A stretch of DNA of 64,000 nucleotides from Chiloscyllium plagiosum (taxonomy: Eukaryota), in contig NC_057718.1 in assembly GCF_004010195.1 (NCBI RefSeq), positions 46,373,236 through 46,437,235 on the forward strand, in the 5' to 3' direction. Position numbers and translations under genes: made by a program. Within the stretch, counting starts at the first letter, position 1. The number at the start of each line of letters is the position of its first letter. Below the pieces are notes generated by a model. The model made no database searches, had not been told where the DNA came from, and was given only the letters and a program-made list of their open reading frames with translations. This document shows, piece after piece, positions 1 to 13,679 of the stretch.

Positions 1-394
1 ATCGGAGGGTGAGGGGTGACCTTATAGAGGTTTACAAAATTATGAGGGGCATGGATAGGATAAATAGACAAAGTCTTTTCCCTGGGGTGGGGGAGTCCAG
101 AACTAGAGGACATAGGTTTAGGGTGAGAGGGGAAAGATATAAAAGAGACCGAAGGGGCAACCTTTACATGCAGAGGGTGGTACGTGTATGGAATGAGCTG
201 CCAAAGGATGTCGTGGTGGCTGGTACAATTGCAACATTTAAGAGGCATTTGGATGAGTATATGAATAGGAAGGGTTTGGAGGGATATGGGCCGGGTGCTG
301 GCAGGTGGGACTGGATTGGGTTGGGATACAAGGTCGGCATGGACGGGTTGGACCAAAGGGTCTGTTTCCTTGCTGTACACATCTATGAATCTAT
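1..394 (+). mobile_element. CR1-clade LINE (HER1-like) 3' end
   Basis: ORF2 C-terminus RGDLIEVYKIMRGMDR...QRVVRVWNELP...FKRHLD and 3' tail tctatgaatctat; near-identical copies at 10487, 17197, 39670, 55454. Confidence 0.92.
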
Positions 395-910
395 CCAGCC
401 TATTTTTATAGCTCAAACTTTCCATTCCCAGCAACATCCCAGTCAACCTTTACTGAACCTTCTCTTGTTTAATAATCTCCTTCCTATAACAGAGCAACCA
501 GAACCACACACAGTACTCCAGACGAAGCTTCACCATTACCCTGTAAAACCTCAACATGATGTCCCAACTCCTTTACTCAAAGGTCTGCGCAATAAAGACA
601 AGTATGATAAACACCTTAACCAACCTGTCTGTGACATAAATTTCAAAGAGTTATGTACCTGATCCCCTCGGTCCCTCTGTTCTACAACACTATCCAGGGC
701 CCTCCCATTAATTGTACAAGTCCTGCCCTTGTTTGTTTTACCAAAATGTGTTGTTTGCTACAACAAACAATGGCAGGACTTAAGCAATTAATGGTAAGGA
801 CCTGGGTAGTGTTGTAGAACAGAGAGACCTAGGGGTTCAGGTCCTTGCGTTTATCCAAATTAAACTCTATCTGTCACTCCTCAGCCCATTGACCCAATTG
901 ATCAAGATCT
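395..910 (-). mobile_element. Older CR1 LINE ORF2 fragment containing an internal inverted duplication
   Basis: Similar to 55890-56300 of the minus-strand CR1 copy; 751-842 is an inverted copy of 657-748. Confidence 0.8.
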
Positions 911-1469
911 TTTTCTCCAATGTTCAAGTCTCATGGCTCTTCTGGCTCTTTGGTGCAGATGACTTGCTTATTGTACACACTACTGATACTTGAAATGAAA
1001 CAGTGGATTGAAAGTACTCTGACTATATTACTTTTTAACTCACCCAGCTTATTCTTTTATCTACCCTCTCAGATGTACCTCAGCAATAAGCTGATATACA
1101 GCCCTGGCCTCGTTGCTACTGGAATACTGTATTGAGCTCCTCTGTACAAATCAAGTACCCATTGAAACACACTCTCCCCCTAGTGGAAGCAAGAATCAAT
1201 AAATAGGATGAATGTACAACAAGGGATGTACAGAAAACAAGCAGTACAATTGATTTGGAAGCTCTCTGCAGTCCTAAGAGACTTAATGGAATCAGAAGAA
1301 AGATGTCTACTCTTGGTTCAGAAACCTGAGGACTCAGATCTTAAGAGTCCTGCATGTAAATGAATAATCAGACGATAAATGGCTAATAGGTTCAAAGGAA
1401 TCAAGGCACAAGTCAGGAGTATGATGGAATTCTTTCCAATTGCCTGGACAAATGTGAGTTTTTACCTCT

Positions 1470-4400
1470 GGCAGGGTATTTGTACCTAATGAGTCAATAC
1501 TTCATTTAGATCCCATGAACTAGACATGGGTAATGTAGTACTAAAAGATTCAATAGAAGCTCATTACAATCTGTTATATACATAAATTACAGTCATAGGC
1601 AAACAGACCAATTGCTAACAGTAGCACAATTGCATCAGCATATCCTGTTTCAAATGGCCCCAGTTAATACGGAGTCTGAGACCTTTATACCCTCAGGTTA
1701 CATGTTGTGACATTTGATGATATCATGACTAGGTCTCTTAAAAGTATACGCATACAATAACACAACAAAGGAAAAATATAAACACAGATATACATGACTA
1801 TACATAGACATGTGTTGTCAATTTGATAATTATACAAATAGGTAAAAACTGAGTTCACAAGATTACCAGTTCAAACGTCAATGCAAGACATTGGAGGTTT
1901 GACAACTCTCCCTGACCTGGTGACTATAAAGTTGTCTGGAGATGTATATGTTCTTCTCATTGGCTTTTGATTGACAACTTGTTTGTCTTGCTGCCAATTG
2001 TTGTGCTGTGATATTGAGTGACAATCTTCATTGTCAGAGTTTTCTTCCTCCCTGTCTAATTGGTGTGTTGCATCTTGGTCTGAGTTGGCTTCTGTACCTT
2101 TGTAATGTTGCACAATAATCAATAAAGACTTCGGACAATCTGGGCTAGTTGCATTTATTTGAAACCCTTGTTAATATCCAAATATTTGTATTTGTATTTC
2201 AGACTCATACTCTCTCTCTAATACATAGTTCTCTACATGCTCATTGGTCATTCAACTCTTTCATTCCATCGTTGGAAAGAATGGTCCTATGTCTCACAAT
2301 GATTCGACAATTGATTTTTGGGCAAGGTTACTCTCATTTCTCCTTCGATCATAAGTTGTCCTGGAGTTAGTGGTTTTTTCTCCATTGGTGTTCACTCGTA
2401 CAATGTGAAAATCTTATGTTGATAATTGATATTTTATAATTAATAAGATGATTTGAAATACCGTACACTGATAGATTTTTTGAGCAAGGATAGTGGGGTG
2501 ATATGGGTCACACCTCCATTTAGTACACATTGAACTGGTTTCCGTGTGAATTAAAGTCCATTGTCAGACATCAGCTAATCCAGTGCACCAAATTAACTGG
2601 AAAATCATTCATTGTGTCAGTAAAGGCTGCACCTGTTGCCTTACTTAGTTAACAAGAATGGAAAATTTGGAGAAGTGGTCTGTCTTAAGGATATAATCTT
2701 CCCTATTCACTATGAATAGACCTGTTGCCATTTTCACCCAGGGAGTGGATGGAACATCATGCGGATGTAAAGGCTTCCTCCACTGCTGAGGTTGGTATTT
2801 TGGGTATACCACATACATTCATGAGTCATTAAATATCCTGGTGCATCCTTGATCTATGCACAGATTCATGTGCTAACTTTCTTGTGCATGCAGTGTTCAT
2901 GTGTCCCTGGTATAACATGGACAGGGTGTCCTGGTGTCATGTGTTTGGAATTAGGGTTTGTTTACCCTTGAAAATGTTGTACCAAATTTGTTTATGTATG
3001 ATTAAGATGAACAGATGTTTACACTCAAGTACTTCCTTAATACTATCAGGCCATTCCTGTATAATAGCCTTTTGCAACTCTTGTAGCTGCTCATCTGTGA
3101 CAGTTATAGCTATTCACACTTACTCTGTTCAAAGTATAACAGATCATCCTTGACAATATCTGCAATTTCAATTGATTCAAAATGTTATGCATGGTCTGTT
3201 GTGCTACAGTAGGTGTGGTTTGAATCTCATTAATTGTAATAATACAGAGATCTGTACATACTGGTGATCCTGCCACTGCTGGACTATTGGTGTCTCCCAG
3301 GTAACAAAGTTTGAGAAGCCATGATGATTTTGTATGCTGACATTGCAGTATGGTTGTGTCTAATCCATTACATATGGTGAGCCTGGTGCTTGTAGGTTCC
3401 ACCATGGAGTACCAGTTGCTGAAATCTTTCAGGATGCCTAATGGTAAGATAGTAACATTATCTCCTGTGTCGATTTTAGCTTTGAGGTGTGTTGACCTGC
3501 CTTTTCAGAACATATGATGTGAATAGTCATTAAAACGTCATATGGCCTCATTCTGTTGACATGGTGTAAGAAGTTAATAATATGGAAAGTTTGGTCATCT
3601 TCCAAAGGTTATCTTTCACGTGTTTGAATGGCTACTTCATCAAAATGTTTGAGTTCTGTGTACTCTTAAGACTTTCCTTCATGCCTACAGGTGATGCTGT
3701 GTTGTGTTTGGTCACTTCTATGCTATTCCAGATCTGGACTGGCTTTTTTAAAATTCAGTCATAGGATGTGGGCATTGCTGGCTGGCCTGTCCCTGGTTGC
3801 CCTTGAGAGGGTGGTAGTGAGCTGCTTTCTTGAACTGGTGCAGTAGGTAGATCCATAATGCCTTTATGGAAGGAATTCCAGTATTTTGAGCTAGTGACAG
3901 TGAAGGAATGGCGATATATTTCTAAGTCAGGAAATTGAGTGAATTATATGGGAACTTGCAGGTGGTGGTGTTCCCCATGTATCTGCTGCCCTTGCCCTTT
4001 TAGGTGGATGTGGTCATGAGTTTGAAAAGTCTGGAAGCAGATTTTCTTTCTGGCTTTTCGTGCCATATGCTTTCCAGATGTGAAGAAATGCAGGACAGCT
4101 TTTGGATGGCATGACAAACTGCATCCATGACAGATTCTGTTGGTTTGGTGCACTTTGCTCATTATAGCATAAGGCATGTATTTGTTGATGACCTGCCACT
4201 ATGGATTCCATGCTGGTGCCCATCTGCAGACAAAACATCAATGCGATACCTCTTTTACTTGTTCAGGTGGGTCCTTCCTAAGGGCTTTAATTGATGTCGA
4301 TGTGATCATCAATTTGATGAGTCTCTCTTAGAGCTCTTCAGAGAAATTGCACTCATGCCCTGTGTCTGAGACAAACTCATCAATAGACTCTTGGGCATCC

Positions 4401-4500
4401 ATGTATATAGCATGGTTTGGAGTCTGTTAATCCTGAAATTAATTCATACCTTGAGCAGGTCTTTAAGTCCTTGTTAGGTCCACAGAAAGACTGGATATAT
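1470..4500 (-). mobile_element. Degenerate Gypsy/Ty3 LTR retrotransposon (gag, protease, integrase; possible 3' LTR ~1470-1760)
   Basis: Minus-strand translations: gag-like QESIDEFVS...ERLIKLMI (~4290-4395); degenerate Zn knuckle SCPAFLHI (~4070-4140); protease KAKIDTGDNVTILP (DTG at 3463-3471); integrase Zn finger LSMLYQGHM...LAHESV (~2850-2930); core PLHPHDVPSTPWVKMATGLF...DHFSKF (~2660-2780); C-terminal TRSGRVVKPP (~1893-1922). Many stops and frameshifts. Confidence 0.85.
3755..4035 (-). mobile_element. 3' end of CR1/Jockey-group LINE inserted in the Gypsy element
   Basis: Reverse complement resembles the 3' UTR at 21530-21790 (cagttcaagaaagcagctcac...ctcaagggcaaccaggg). Confidence 0.75.
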
Positions 4501-5669
4501 TCATTCTGTGAAGCCTCCTCTTGCTGAGTACAAGCAAGATTTTCAGAGATCTATGCTTAAAAATATTTATTGCTTAATCTGTAAAATAATCTCAAAAGTT
4601 GCTTAAACAGCTGTAATTCAGAAATGATGCCATCTGCTACCCAACTGTTAACCTTTCATTTCTCATGAAGATTTTAAAAATAGGATGTAGAGTGCAGAAA
4701 TTGTTTCCTTCTTTGTTTACTTTCCATCTTTTTCTCTTTTTCTCACATTTTTTTCCACTGTTGCAGCCTCTTTACTGAGTTTTCATAAAATATAAGCTAT
4801 TCCTTTAAGAAATATAGGACTAGGTAACAGGTTCCTGCCATCAGCTGGCACTCATGCTGAATATGCAATGATATAACCATTAGGCTTCCCAATGTTGTGC
4901 TATCAAATTGGAGAGGAGAAATAGCAGAACCAACTAACCTCTGCACACAGGTAAACTGTATTATGCTTTGCAATACTGTCTGAGCTCAATATTCATTCAG
5001 AAGGGCTCTGTATTTATGCCAAGACACGTATTTGACTGCTGCCCTTTACTTAAATTATAAAGTAGTCTGATAATGTTTTTTTAAAAATACAGAGACAGGA
5101 TTTTAAGCCTGTTAAAACTTAAATTTCAAACAAAATGTAGGTAAGTTTGTTCTCTAACTGCTAAATCTACAGATCTCTGCTCACAGAATTTGATTTTGTT
5201 ATTTTTCTGAGTGCTTTGAATTGCAGGGCTGTCACCTAACTGATCTTCAGTGCGGTCTTGCCACTGAGAAATTGGATTGTTATAAGAGCAGCTACTGCTG
5301 GTTACCATTGTCCTGTCATCATGATCTGTCACCTATGTTGTGGGCTTTTGCCTTCAACAAGGTATTTGTGCCTGAATAGGTAATACTTATGCTTGATCCA
5401 TTAACATAAGAACCAGACATGGGCAAAGTGGTGCTGAAAGATTTAGTCGACATATCTTACAGTTCCTGATATCGGCATATATTACAGTCACAGACACTTC
5501 AGTCCCATGCTATTCGGCTACAAAGAGTAGTATGCTTTCATTAGCATGCCATGCTTCGTGACCCCAGTTCATATGGTGTCCAAGACCGTTATCCCTCAAG
5601 TCACAGTCATAAGCATGTCTCTTAAAGATATACTGCAAAGTAGCTGGGAGACAGAAACAACAGAACGAA

Positions 5670-6125
5670 ACTCCAATAACACTCAAGAAGCTCAATGCCT
5701 TCAGACCAAAGCAACTTGTTTGATTGGCACTCTTTCCACAACATTAAAATTTAATTCCCCTCCCCTCCCACCCCACCACCAGCATACAGTGGCATCAGTG
5801 TGTACAGTGTACAAGATACACTGCAGCAACTCAGTGAACCTTCTTTGACAACACCTTCCAAACATGCAACCTTTATCATTTACAAGGATAAAAGCCAGCT
5901 TATAGGAATGCCACCTATTCCACGGTCCCCTCCCAGTCACCAACCTGACTATTTCACCACTCCATTCATTGTCTTGGGTCAAAAGCCTAGACCTCCCTTC
6001 CGTCCAGCACTGTGGGTGTAACTACACCACATGGGATGCAGCAGAGAAGCAGTCAGCTCACCATTACCTTATCAAAGCATTTGGGAATGAGCAACAATTG
6101 TTGGTCAAGTGAATCCCACAATCCA
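5670..6125 (+). mobile_element. CR1/Jockey-group LINE 3' fragment
   Basis: acactcaagaagctc...HQHTVASVCTVYKIHCSNS; homologous to 21350-21790. Confidence 0.75.
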
Positions 6126-6844
6126 GAAAAGGGTTTCAGGGCTTTAGCATTCTGATAGCATTCTAACTGTTCAGTGAAGCCTGTCCAGCTGATGGCTGTG
6201 CACTTGTAATGATTGTACTCAGGCCAGACTGACATGTGTGCTTTCTCCATCGCCATCCTTCTTCAATTCTACCCCTACGCTTTAAAATCCTTGTATTTAC
6301 TGGGCCAGTAGCAAAGACTCAACCTGCAGCCAATTCAGCTGAAAGCTTTCAGAAGAAATCATTTAAGTTTGACAAGACTTAGAAGAGGTAACATGGTAGA
6401 ATCAGAGGAGAATGTCATGTACTTATTACAGAAAATAATGCTTGCAGTTTCAGTTCAGAAGTAAACACTTTTGCAGCTAGTTGAGATCTTGGCTTAGAGA
6501 GTGTCTTGGAGAATTTTCCAGAATCAGCTGTTAAAGGGGCAGCTGGAAAGGTAGCAAAATCTTTTTTTTTAAAGTTACATTTCTGTGGAGCCAGGAGAAG
6601 TCTTCACTTTAAGCTGCCCCCTTCCCAGTAGGTTGGCTTTGACAAATTCCATCAAGCCTAAACTGGCAAGCTTCAGTTCAATGCTCAATTGGTTCCCCTC
6701 ACTTGGCACATTTATCCAATTAAGTCCTGATCCTAAGTTTGTTTCAGGTCTCAGGATGGCATAGGGGTCAGCAGATGCAGGAATCAGTTTGCTGACTTGC
6801 CCCTCATTTTCTGGTACAAATCCATTTTCTGCATGTTGTGTCGT

Positions 6845-6985
6845 TTTATCTCATTATGTTTTGTGGTATTTTACTGAGCACAAGTTCTCTGTTGTTCTCT
6901 CCTATACTACAAGCTCATCTGTGAAACGCTTTGGGAGGGACGGCAGTCATTAAAGGTGCAATAGAAACTCAAGTTATTTCTTTCT
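6845..6985 (+). mobile_element. Deu-domain SINE 3' fragment
   Basis: ctgtgaaacgctttggga...aaaggtgcaatagaaactcaag resembles the DeuSINE 3' end; similar to 39080-39218 and 22005-22100. Confidence 0.45.
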
Positions 6986-7869
6986 TTCTTGTGTCAGTTA
7001 TGTATGATCTTATTGTTCCAGAAATAACATAATGCCATGTAATTCAGTGCATCCTCTTTGATTCATCTTCCTTCCCACTTTTTCCTGAAGACGATATCTT
7101 TAATACAATAAAAAGGAAGTGGAAGTACATAATGAACAATAGATAAAGATACCGTTTGAACCAAAATATGGAACTTACTTGTCATTAGCAATAAAACTTG
7201 CTTAAACCTACAGAAGTCTGGAAGACACAAAACTCATTTGTTGCTTCTTCAAAACAGTGCTAAAACAGAACTAGCAATTGTGGTAATTCTTCCTAGTTTT
7301 ATTTATTTCTTCTACGTATATAAAGAACATGACATTTATGAAATTGTAATCTCTTACATGGATCTAATAAATGGTTAATGTGAAAAAATTTTGTACTTTT
7401 CAGATGACATATCTCATGTAAACAGTGACAAGTAATGAGATGCTCATTGTTAGCTAATTAACATGCACATTGAAAGACAGACAAGAAGGGAGATATTTAT
7501 TAATAGTTTTGCTGAGGGCAGAATGAAGATGAGTTCTGAATATTCAAGACTTGTTATTGAAGGACAGTAAAGTCTCAAGGCTTTAGCCATCTTTTGAATA
7601 AAAATGGCAGTGAGCAGGAGAAATGAATTCAGAATTTAAGAAGAATAGAAATGGATTTCAGTGCTGAAGTTTCAGCTTTAAAATCTCTGGACCTAGATAA
7701 TTCTGAGAGTCACTTCCACTGTATGGTTTAAATATACCATAATTGTTGTTTATGGTGAATAAAATATGACTCAATGAGTCATTTTGGTTCAGTATTACAT
7801 CATCTATTTTTTTTCAAAATTTTGTGTGGTTTGTCCGAGCACAATAGCTTGGGTTTGTGTTACCACGTC

Positions 7870-9420
7870 GGGTGCACAGAATGGGAGAATTCCCGGCTCC
7901 CTGAACACGACCTGTAAAATTGTCTGAACATCAGATTCTCATTCCATGGTGCTGGGATTTCTTAAGAGTCAGACTGAGGAGCCCCAGAACAAACACAGAG
8001 TTGTCAGAGACATAAAAGGACTGAGCAGGGTACTGCTTCCAAATGATGGTACTGCTTTGTAGTTTCATAAGCAGCTCTCATCCCTTCACACACTTCCCAT
8101 GTCCCATTCATGCCAGCCACTACATAGCTTCTCCCACACACCATCCTTTCCCCTTAAACCTACCATGCAATTTCACCCAGAATTCACCATGAGTGGGCCA
8201 CAGGACATTTACAAAGATTAAGCAGATAAGGTTGTAAATATCTATTGCAGACTTCACTCTATAGAATAAAATGCTCTCAGTCATAAAATTACTACATTAA
8301 TTTTCTTTTAACTTATTACAACAAGCATTTCATTCCAGTGCATAATCCTTGATAATAACGAGCATTAAAATTCATAGTCCCATTTCAAAGACTCTATAAC
8401 TATTTGTACCTGTCAACCAGACCGCAATGGCACTCAGTCTGCTATGACAATAGTTGTTGTGAAATGTGTCACAGTAATGGAAACATTCAGACTTATCTCA
8501 AAGCTAGAGTGAAATAGCAAGCAATGATTCTTTTGAACTGTCCAGATATATTTTTTCTCAATGATTTAAATGTATTTTAAATGTATGACACTTCTGACAA
8601 GTCTTTTGATACTTTTGATAAATTGCCTTTGGCAGACCTGTTGACAGTTCCATTGGATGTGACAATTAATGAATTTACACAGCTTTTACAAACATTCCTG
8701 ACTACTTTTAACAATTCCAAAAGGCATCTTAACTCTCCCAAAAGGCAGCTTACCTTTCCCAAATGTGTCTCAATTCAAACGGGTACCTTGTCTCTCCAAC
8801 AAAGTACCTGGCTATCCAATGAATCCACAAGCTTCATTGTCCTTACCTGGTCAAATCCATACACTTTGTGATTCAGATACCCAAATCACGACTGATTTCT
8901 ATAGGCACCTGCCTCTGACAAAATGTGACCTGATCCCATGCTTTTTCCTTGCAAAAGTGGTAGATGCCATGTTTGGGGAGGAGACAGCTGATATTTGAGT
9001 GCTTCCATCATTGTCACCTCTTCTTCCTGGCAAATATCCAGGTCAGAATGTCAAATCCAACACCCAGTACGTTCTGTTATTTCCCATCTATTAACACAAG
9101 GCAAACTATAGCACTGAACCTTCTTCAGACATGCTAATCAAATGGTTAGTGCAGGTATGATTATGGTTTCCAGGGTCCCTGTGGGAAGGTACTGATGCAC
9201 TGAATGTCGAAATATCTCTGTCCTGTAGTGCAGAGGTCTCCCAGACATCTCGGAGCATAGTATTACACTGATCCCTCAGCATTCTAACTGAAATTTGTAA
9301 TTCCATGCAGTCAGGCTGGAGTCATCATCACCTGACAATAGGGAGTAATTTTGAGTTTTTGCAATTGTGGAAAGCGGACATCGTCCAATCAGCTGCCCAT
9401 TGTGCATCTCTCCTAATTTA
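7870..9420. mobile_element. Possible highly decayed PIF/Harbinger-like DNA transposon
   Basis: Minus-strand KAWDQV...KCMDLTR (~8845-8950) resembles a Myb/SANT-like accessory domain; weak, boundaries uncertain. Confidence 0.3.
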
Positions 9421-9544
9421 CATTCCATTGAAATGTTTATGCTCTTGCCAAATTTGAATTTTACCCCTCTTAGGAATCAGAAGAGAATCTGTGTGAGAGA
9501 GTTGAGGAACTGCAAAAAAAAATGTAAAGTCCTCCCAGCAATAG

Positions 9545-10425
9545 TCAGGATGTAGGGCAGAAAATAAATCAGGAGATGGAAAAGGCATGTAAGGAAGGCA
9601 TTATTAGGTTATTCATGGGGTCTTCAATATGCAGGTAGATTGGGAAAATCAGGTTTGTAGCAGATCCCAAGAAAAAGAATGTGTTGAATATCTAGCGGAT
9701 GGTAGTTTTGTAACAGCCTCTGATAGAACCCACAAGGAAATAGGTAATTCTGCATTTGGTGATGTGTAATGAGGCAGATTTGATCAGGAAGTTTAAGGTG
9801 ATGGAACCCCTAGGCAGGCACTGACCATAATATGAGATAATTCATCTTGGAGGTTGAGAAAGAGAAGCTGGAATCAGATGTAAAAGGTATTAGAATTGAG
9901 TGAAGGTAACTGTAAAGACATGAGGCAGCTGGCCAGACTTGATTGGAAGGGGAGCCTAACAGGGAAGATAGTGGAGCAGCAAGGCAGGAGTTTCTAGGGG
10001 CAATTCAACAGGCACAACAAAAATTCATCCCAAGGAAGAAGAAACATACTCAGGGGAGGACATGGCTGATGAAGGAAGTGAGGGACAGCGTAAAGCTAAA
10101 GGGAAAGTATGCAATGTGGTGAGGATTAGTGGGAAGCCTTCAAAAATCAGCAGAGGATAACTAAATAAGCAATAAGGGTGAGAAGATGAAATATGAGTGT
10201 AAGCTAGCTAGTAATATAAAAGAACATTTTGAGAGATTTTTAGAGATACAAAAGGTAAGAGAAAGGCAAGAGTGAACTTTGGACCACAGGAAAATGATCA
10301 ATAAGGGGATCAAAGGTGACAGGGAGACTGCAGGAGAATGGGATTGTGAAACATCAGCCATAATAAAAATGGCAGAATATACTCAATGGGGCAACTGGCC
10401 TAAATCTACACTTATGATCTTATGG
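9545..10425 (+). mobile_element. CR1 LINE fragment: endonuclease region joined to the 3' UTR (internal deletion)
   Basis: MG(D)FNMQVDWENQ...ILHLVMCNEADLI...DHN-type APE motifs at 9600-9840; CR1-type 3' end at 10290-10425. Confidence 0.75.
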
Positions 10426-10486
10426 ATTGATCTGTGGATAAAATTATTAGAAAAATCTCTTCAAAAGAACAATAAACCAAGCTCAG

Positions 10487-10844
10487 GAGGCAATGGGTAC
10501 GATAAATAGACAAAGTCTTTTCCCTGGGATGGGGGAGTCCAGAACTAGAGGACATAGATTTAGGGTGAGAGGGGAAAGATATAAAAGAGACCTAAGGGGC
10601 AACCTTTTCACACAGAGGGTGGCACATGTATGGAATGAGCTGCCAGAGGAAGTGATGGAGGCTGGGACAATTGCAACATTTAAAAGGCATCTGGATGGGT
10701 ATATGAATAAGAAGGGTTTAGAGGGATATGGACCGAGTGGTGGCAGGTGGGACTAGATTGGGTTGGCATATCTGGTCGGCATGGATGGGTTGGACCGAAG
10801 GGTCTGTTTCCATGCTGTACATCTCTATGACTCTATGACTCTAT
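10487..10844 (+). mobile_element. CR1 (HER1-like) 5'-truncated copy
   Basis: ORF 10493-10756 nearly identical to 1-330; tail tctatgactctatgactctat. Confidence 0.92.
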
Positions 10845-11403
10845 AATACACTACTTTGGAGAGGCAAGAGTTTGGAAAAAGGTAATTATACATGAGGATT
10901 ACATCAGTCAACAGGAAATTAGTTTGGTGAGGCAATGTTTCTCAATCTTAAACTTTTTTTTTCAAATATAAACTTGGTAAATAAAACCAGAAAGACCTGA
11001 AAATAATAACTGTCTCTTAATTGAAATCAAAAAATTCCTCTGACAAAGGCCTTAACTAATCTCAGGAATAAACTCTAAGGTCTGTCAACCAGAAAAAGAT
11101 TCTGTCTTCAAGAAATTATGCATGGTGCTATTGACCAAATTTTATTCTTTAGCTTTGGAGTATTACAACGTAGATCCACAAGCCAATTATGTGATAAGCT
11201 CTTGTTCAAATGGGACCAAGTTGAGCATTTTACCATGGAGAATTAATGCCAGAAATCCTGGACAGATTCTGAAATCTGTGTTAATATTGAAGTTGTAGCC
11301 ATAATATGTGGACAGTAGCACATATAAAGGCCAAGAGGGTAATCAAATAATTAAGCAACAATTTAAATTGAATTGACATATTCCACAAAAAATGGTCTTA
11401 GTT

Positions 11404-11711
11404 TTAGATTAGATTCCCGACAGTGTGGAAACAGGCCCTTTGGCCCAACAAGGCCACACAGACTCTCCAAAGAGTAACCCACCCAGACCCATTTCCCTCT
11501 GACTAATGCATCTAACACTATGGGCAATTTAGAATAGCAAATTCACCTGGCCTGCACATCTTTGGATTGTGGGACAAAACCAGAGCACCTGGAAGAAACC
11601 CACGCAGAGAGTGCACAAACTCCACACTGACAGTTGCCCAAGGCTGGAATCAAACCTGGGACCCTGGTGCTGTGAAGCAGCAGTGCTAACTGCTGAACCA
11701 CATTGCTGCCC
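11404..11711 (-). mobile_element. HE1-like tRNA-derived SINE
   Basis: tRNA-like head at ~11640-11711, body with tgggcaatttag and tgcacatctttggattgtggga, 3' end similar to HER1, tagat-type tail repeats. Confidence 0.88.
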
Positions 11712-11875
11712 TTAACAGGTGAGTTTTTGCACTGCACTAGCTTTTTTAAAAAATTCCAGATTTTTATTTTAACTGATTTCAAATTTCCTGCCATTGTGAG
11801 ATTTGAATCAATAGCTGATCCCAGGAAAAGAACATTAGTTAAAATGCCACACTGAGCTCATGCAAAGCACAAATA

Positions 11876-12101
11876 CAGGGGCCCCTGATTCACAGAAGTC
11901 CAAATTACAAACACTCATACTTACAAACATCATCAGGTATGAGGATGTACTAATATTAATTTTAAGATCCCACACACAAACATTTCCTTGTATTTACGAA
12001 CATCTATTCTGTACTGTCATGCATTGAGTTCTGACTTGTGTACAAATTGACTTGCAAACAGACTCAAGAGCTGAACCCATTTCCAACCCAGAGGCTGCCT
12101 G
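11876..12101. mobile_element. Tc1/mariner (Tigger-like) MITE, decayed
   Basis: ta|caggggcccctgattcac...aacccagaggctgcctg imperfect TIRs; internal acttacaaac repeats. Confidence 0.5.
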
Positions 12102-13679
12102 TGCAAAGGTATTTTGCAATTGTTAAACATATTAGTGTGGAGAGACTTTAGAGATGAGGGAATGTAATGCTTCTTTAGATTATTTTACTGGCTTAAAGGT
12201 GTGAGATAAATGGATGTTGTTGAAGTCAGGGCAAGTTAGCATTGTAAGTTCTGAATCACATTATTTACAAAATCAAGAAACAGGTGCCTGCGGTGCAATT
12301 TGTAGCATTAACATGCACGTTAGGTCAGAACAATGTCTTTCTACTTAGGATAGAAAAATGGTTTTGTTTTTAAAAATGGTGCAGGTCAGGTCACTGAACA
12401 TTTTAGCATTAACTGTGTCGTTGGTAGCTAGAGTCAGCAGTGCAATGAAACCACAGCTACAGCCTGAATGAATAAACTGAATAGTGCAGCTATCATCATG
12501 GAAATGGCTACTTTGCATGCCAGCATGACTCACATCATCTTTGTCCTCAGTTTTGCATCTGAGCAGAACAAAGGAAAACGAGCAGCCAATACTTAATAAA
12601 AGGATGCATACTTTTTGGCGACCTAACATTAATTGTAATATTAATGTCACTCGTGCCTTTTAATACCGTCCAAAAGACTTTTTCTACGTGATTGAATGAG
12701 TGATTTAGTTTGGACAAATATTAAGCAGATTGTTGTTTGTCGTTCAAATGGGTTCCATTGCTTTTGCATGAAATATTCCTTTTAAAAGATTTCTCACTCT
12801 TCACTGAATTGAGTCTCTAAGCCGCATCTGTCTTACCACTGGCAACAAAGTCAAGAGGCATGAGGCTTTTTGTAAGTTCTCCAATCCCAAAAGACTTTTT
12901 ATTACTTTGCATACTGTGAAATGTCACCTTTTGAGCAAGCTGTTGCAATGTTTTCTCTGCGCCAAAATGTGAAACCTCAGAGGACATGAATTAATCCACT
13001 GTTCTCAGTGACAGCATTTTAAAGGCATTAGAAGCCTCAGGCATATCTGACACACACAGTGCAATGCAGAACAGAAACTGCTAGTTACAAAGAACTTTTT
13101 TCTGAATAGCAAAGTGAACAAAATAACACCTTCTTTTAGATGATTGCTGTGAACATTTCAACCTAATGTAGATCGCATTTTATGGTCTGCTATTGATGTT
13201 CATCTGAAGCACACAGAACCATAAGAAGTAATTGACACGTATTTCACATTATCATAGAATGTTGCAGCACAGAAAAATTCAGTCAAACCCAATCTGCACC
13301 ACTGCCCTTCTCCTTCAGCCTTTCAGTCTGACCCCAGACTCTCAGTCAATGAGAGATATTTAATATCCTTTATCATGTAACTATTAAACTGTCTTATAAT
13401 AGAACTTTATGAATTCTGTTTTAGAAATATCTTGCACCACATTCTAGCCTTTCCTTTCACTCTTTTCCTGGTTATTTTAAAAGTGTCTTCTTTTCACAAT
13501 GGTTTATAATTATTTATATATTATCAAAGTCTTCAGAATTTGGAAGATGTTTATCAAATCTTCTCAGTTGTAGGGAAAAACTTGGTTAAAGTGAATTAGA
13601 AACAATGACAACCTCTATTCATAACTCGATACAGGATCCTTGTACCTTTCCTGTTACATCTTTCCCATTGGATAAGCAA

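Noticed and set aside
9..662. 217-aa ORF
   Set aside because: CR1 ORF2 C-terminus reading through a lost stop into an antisense CR1 fragment.
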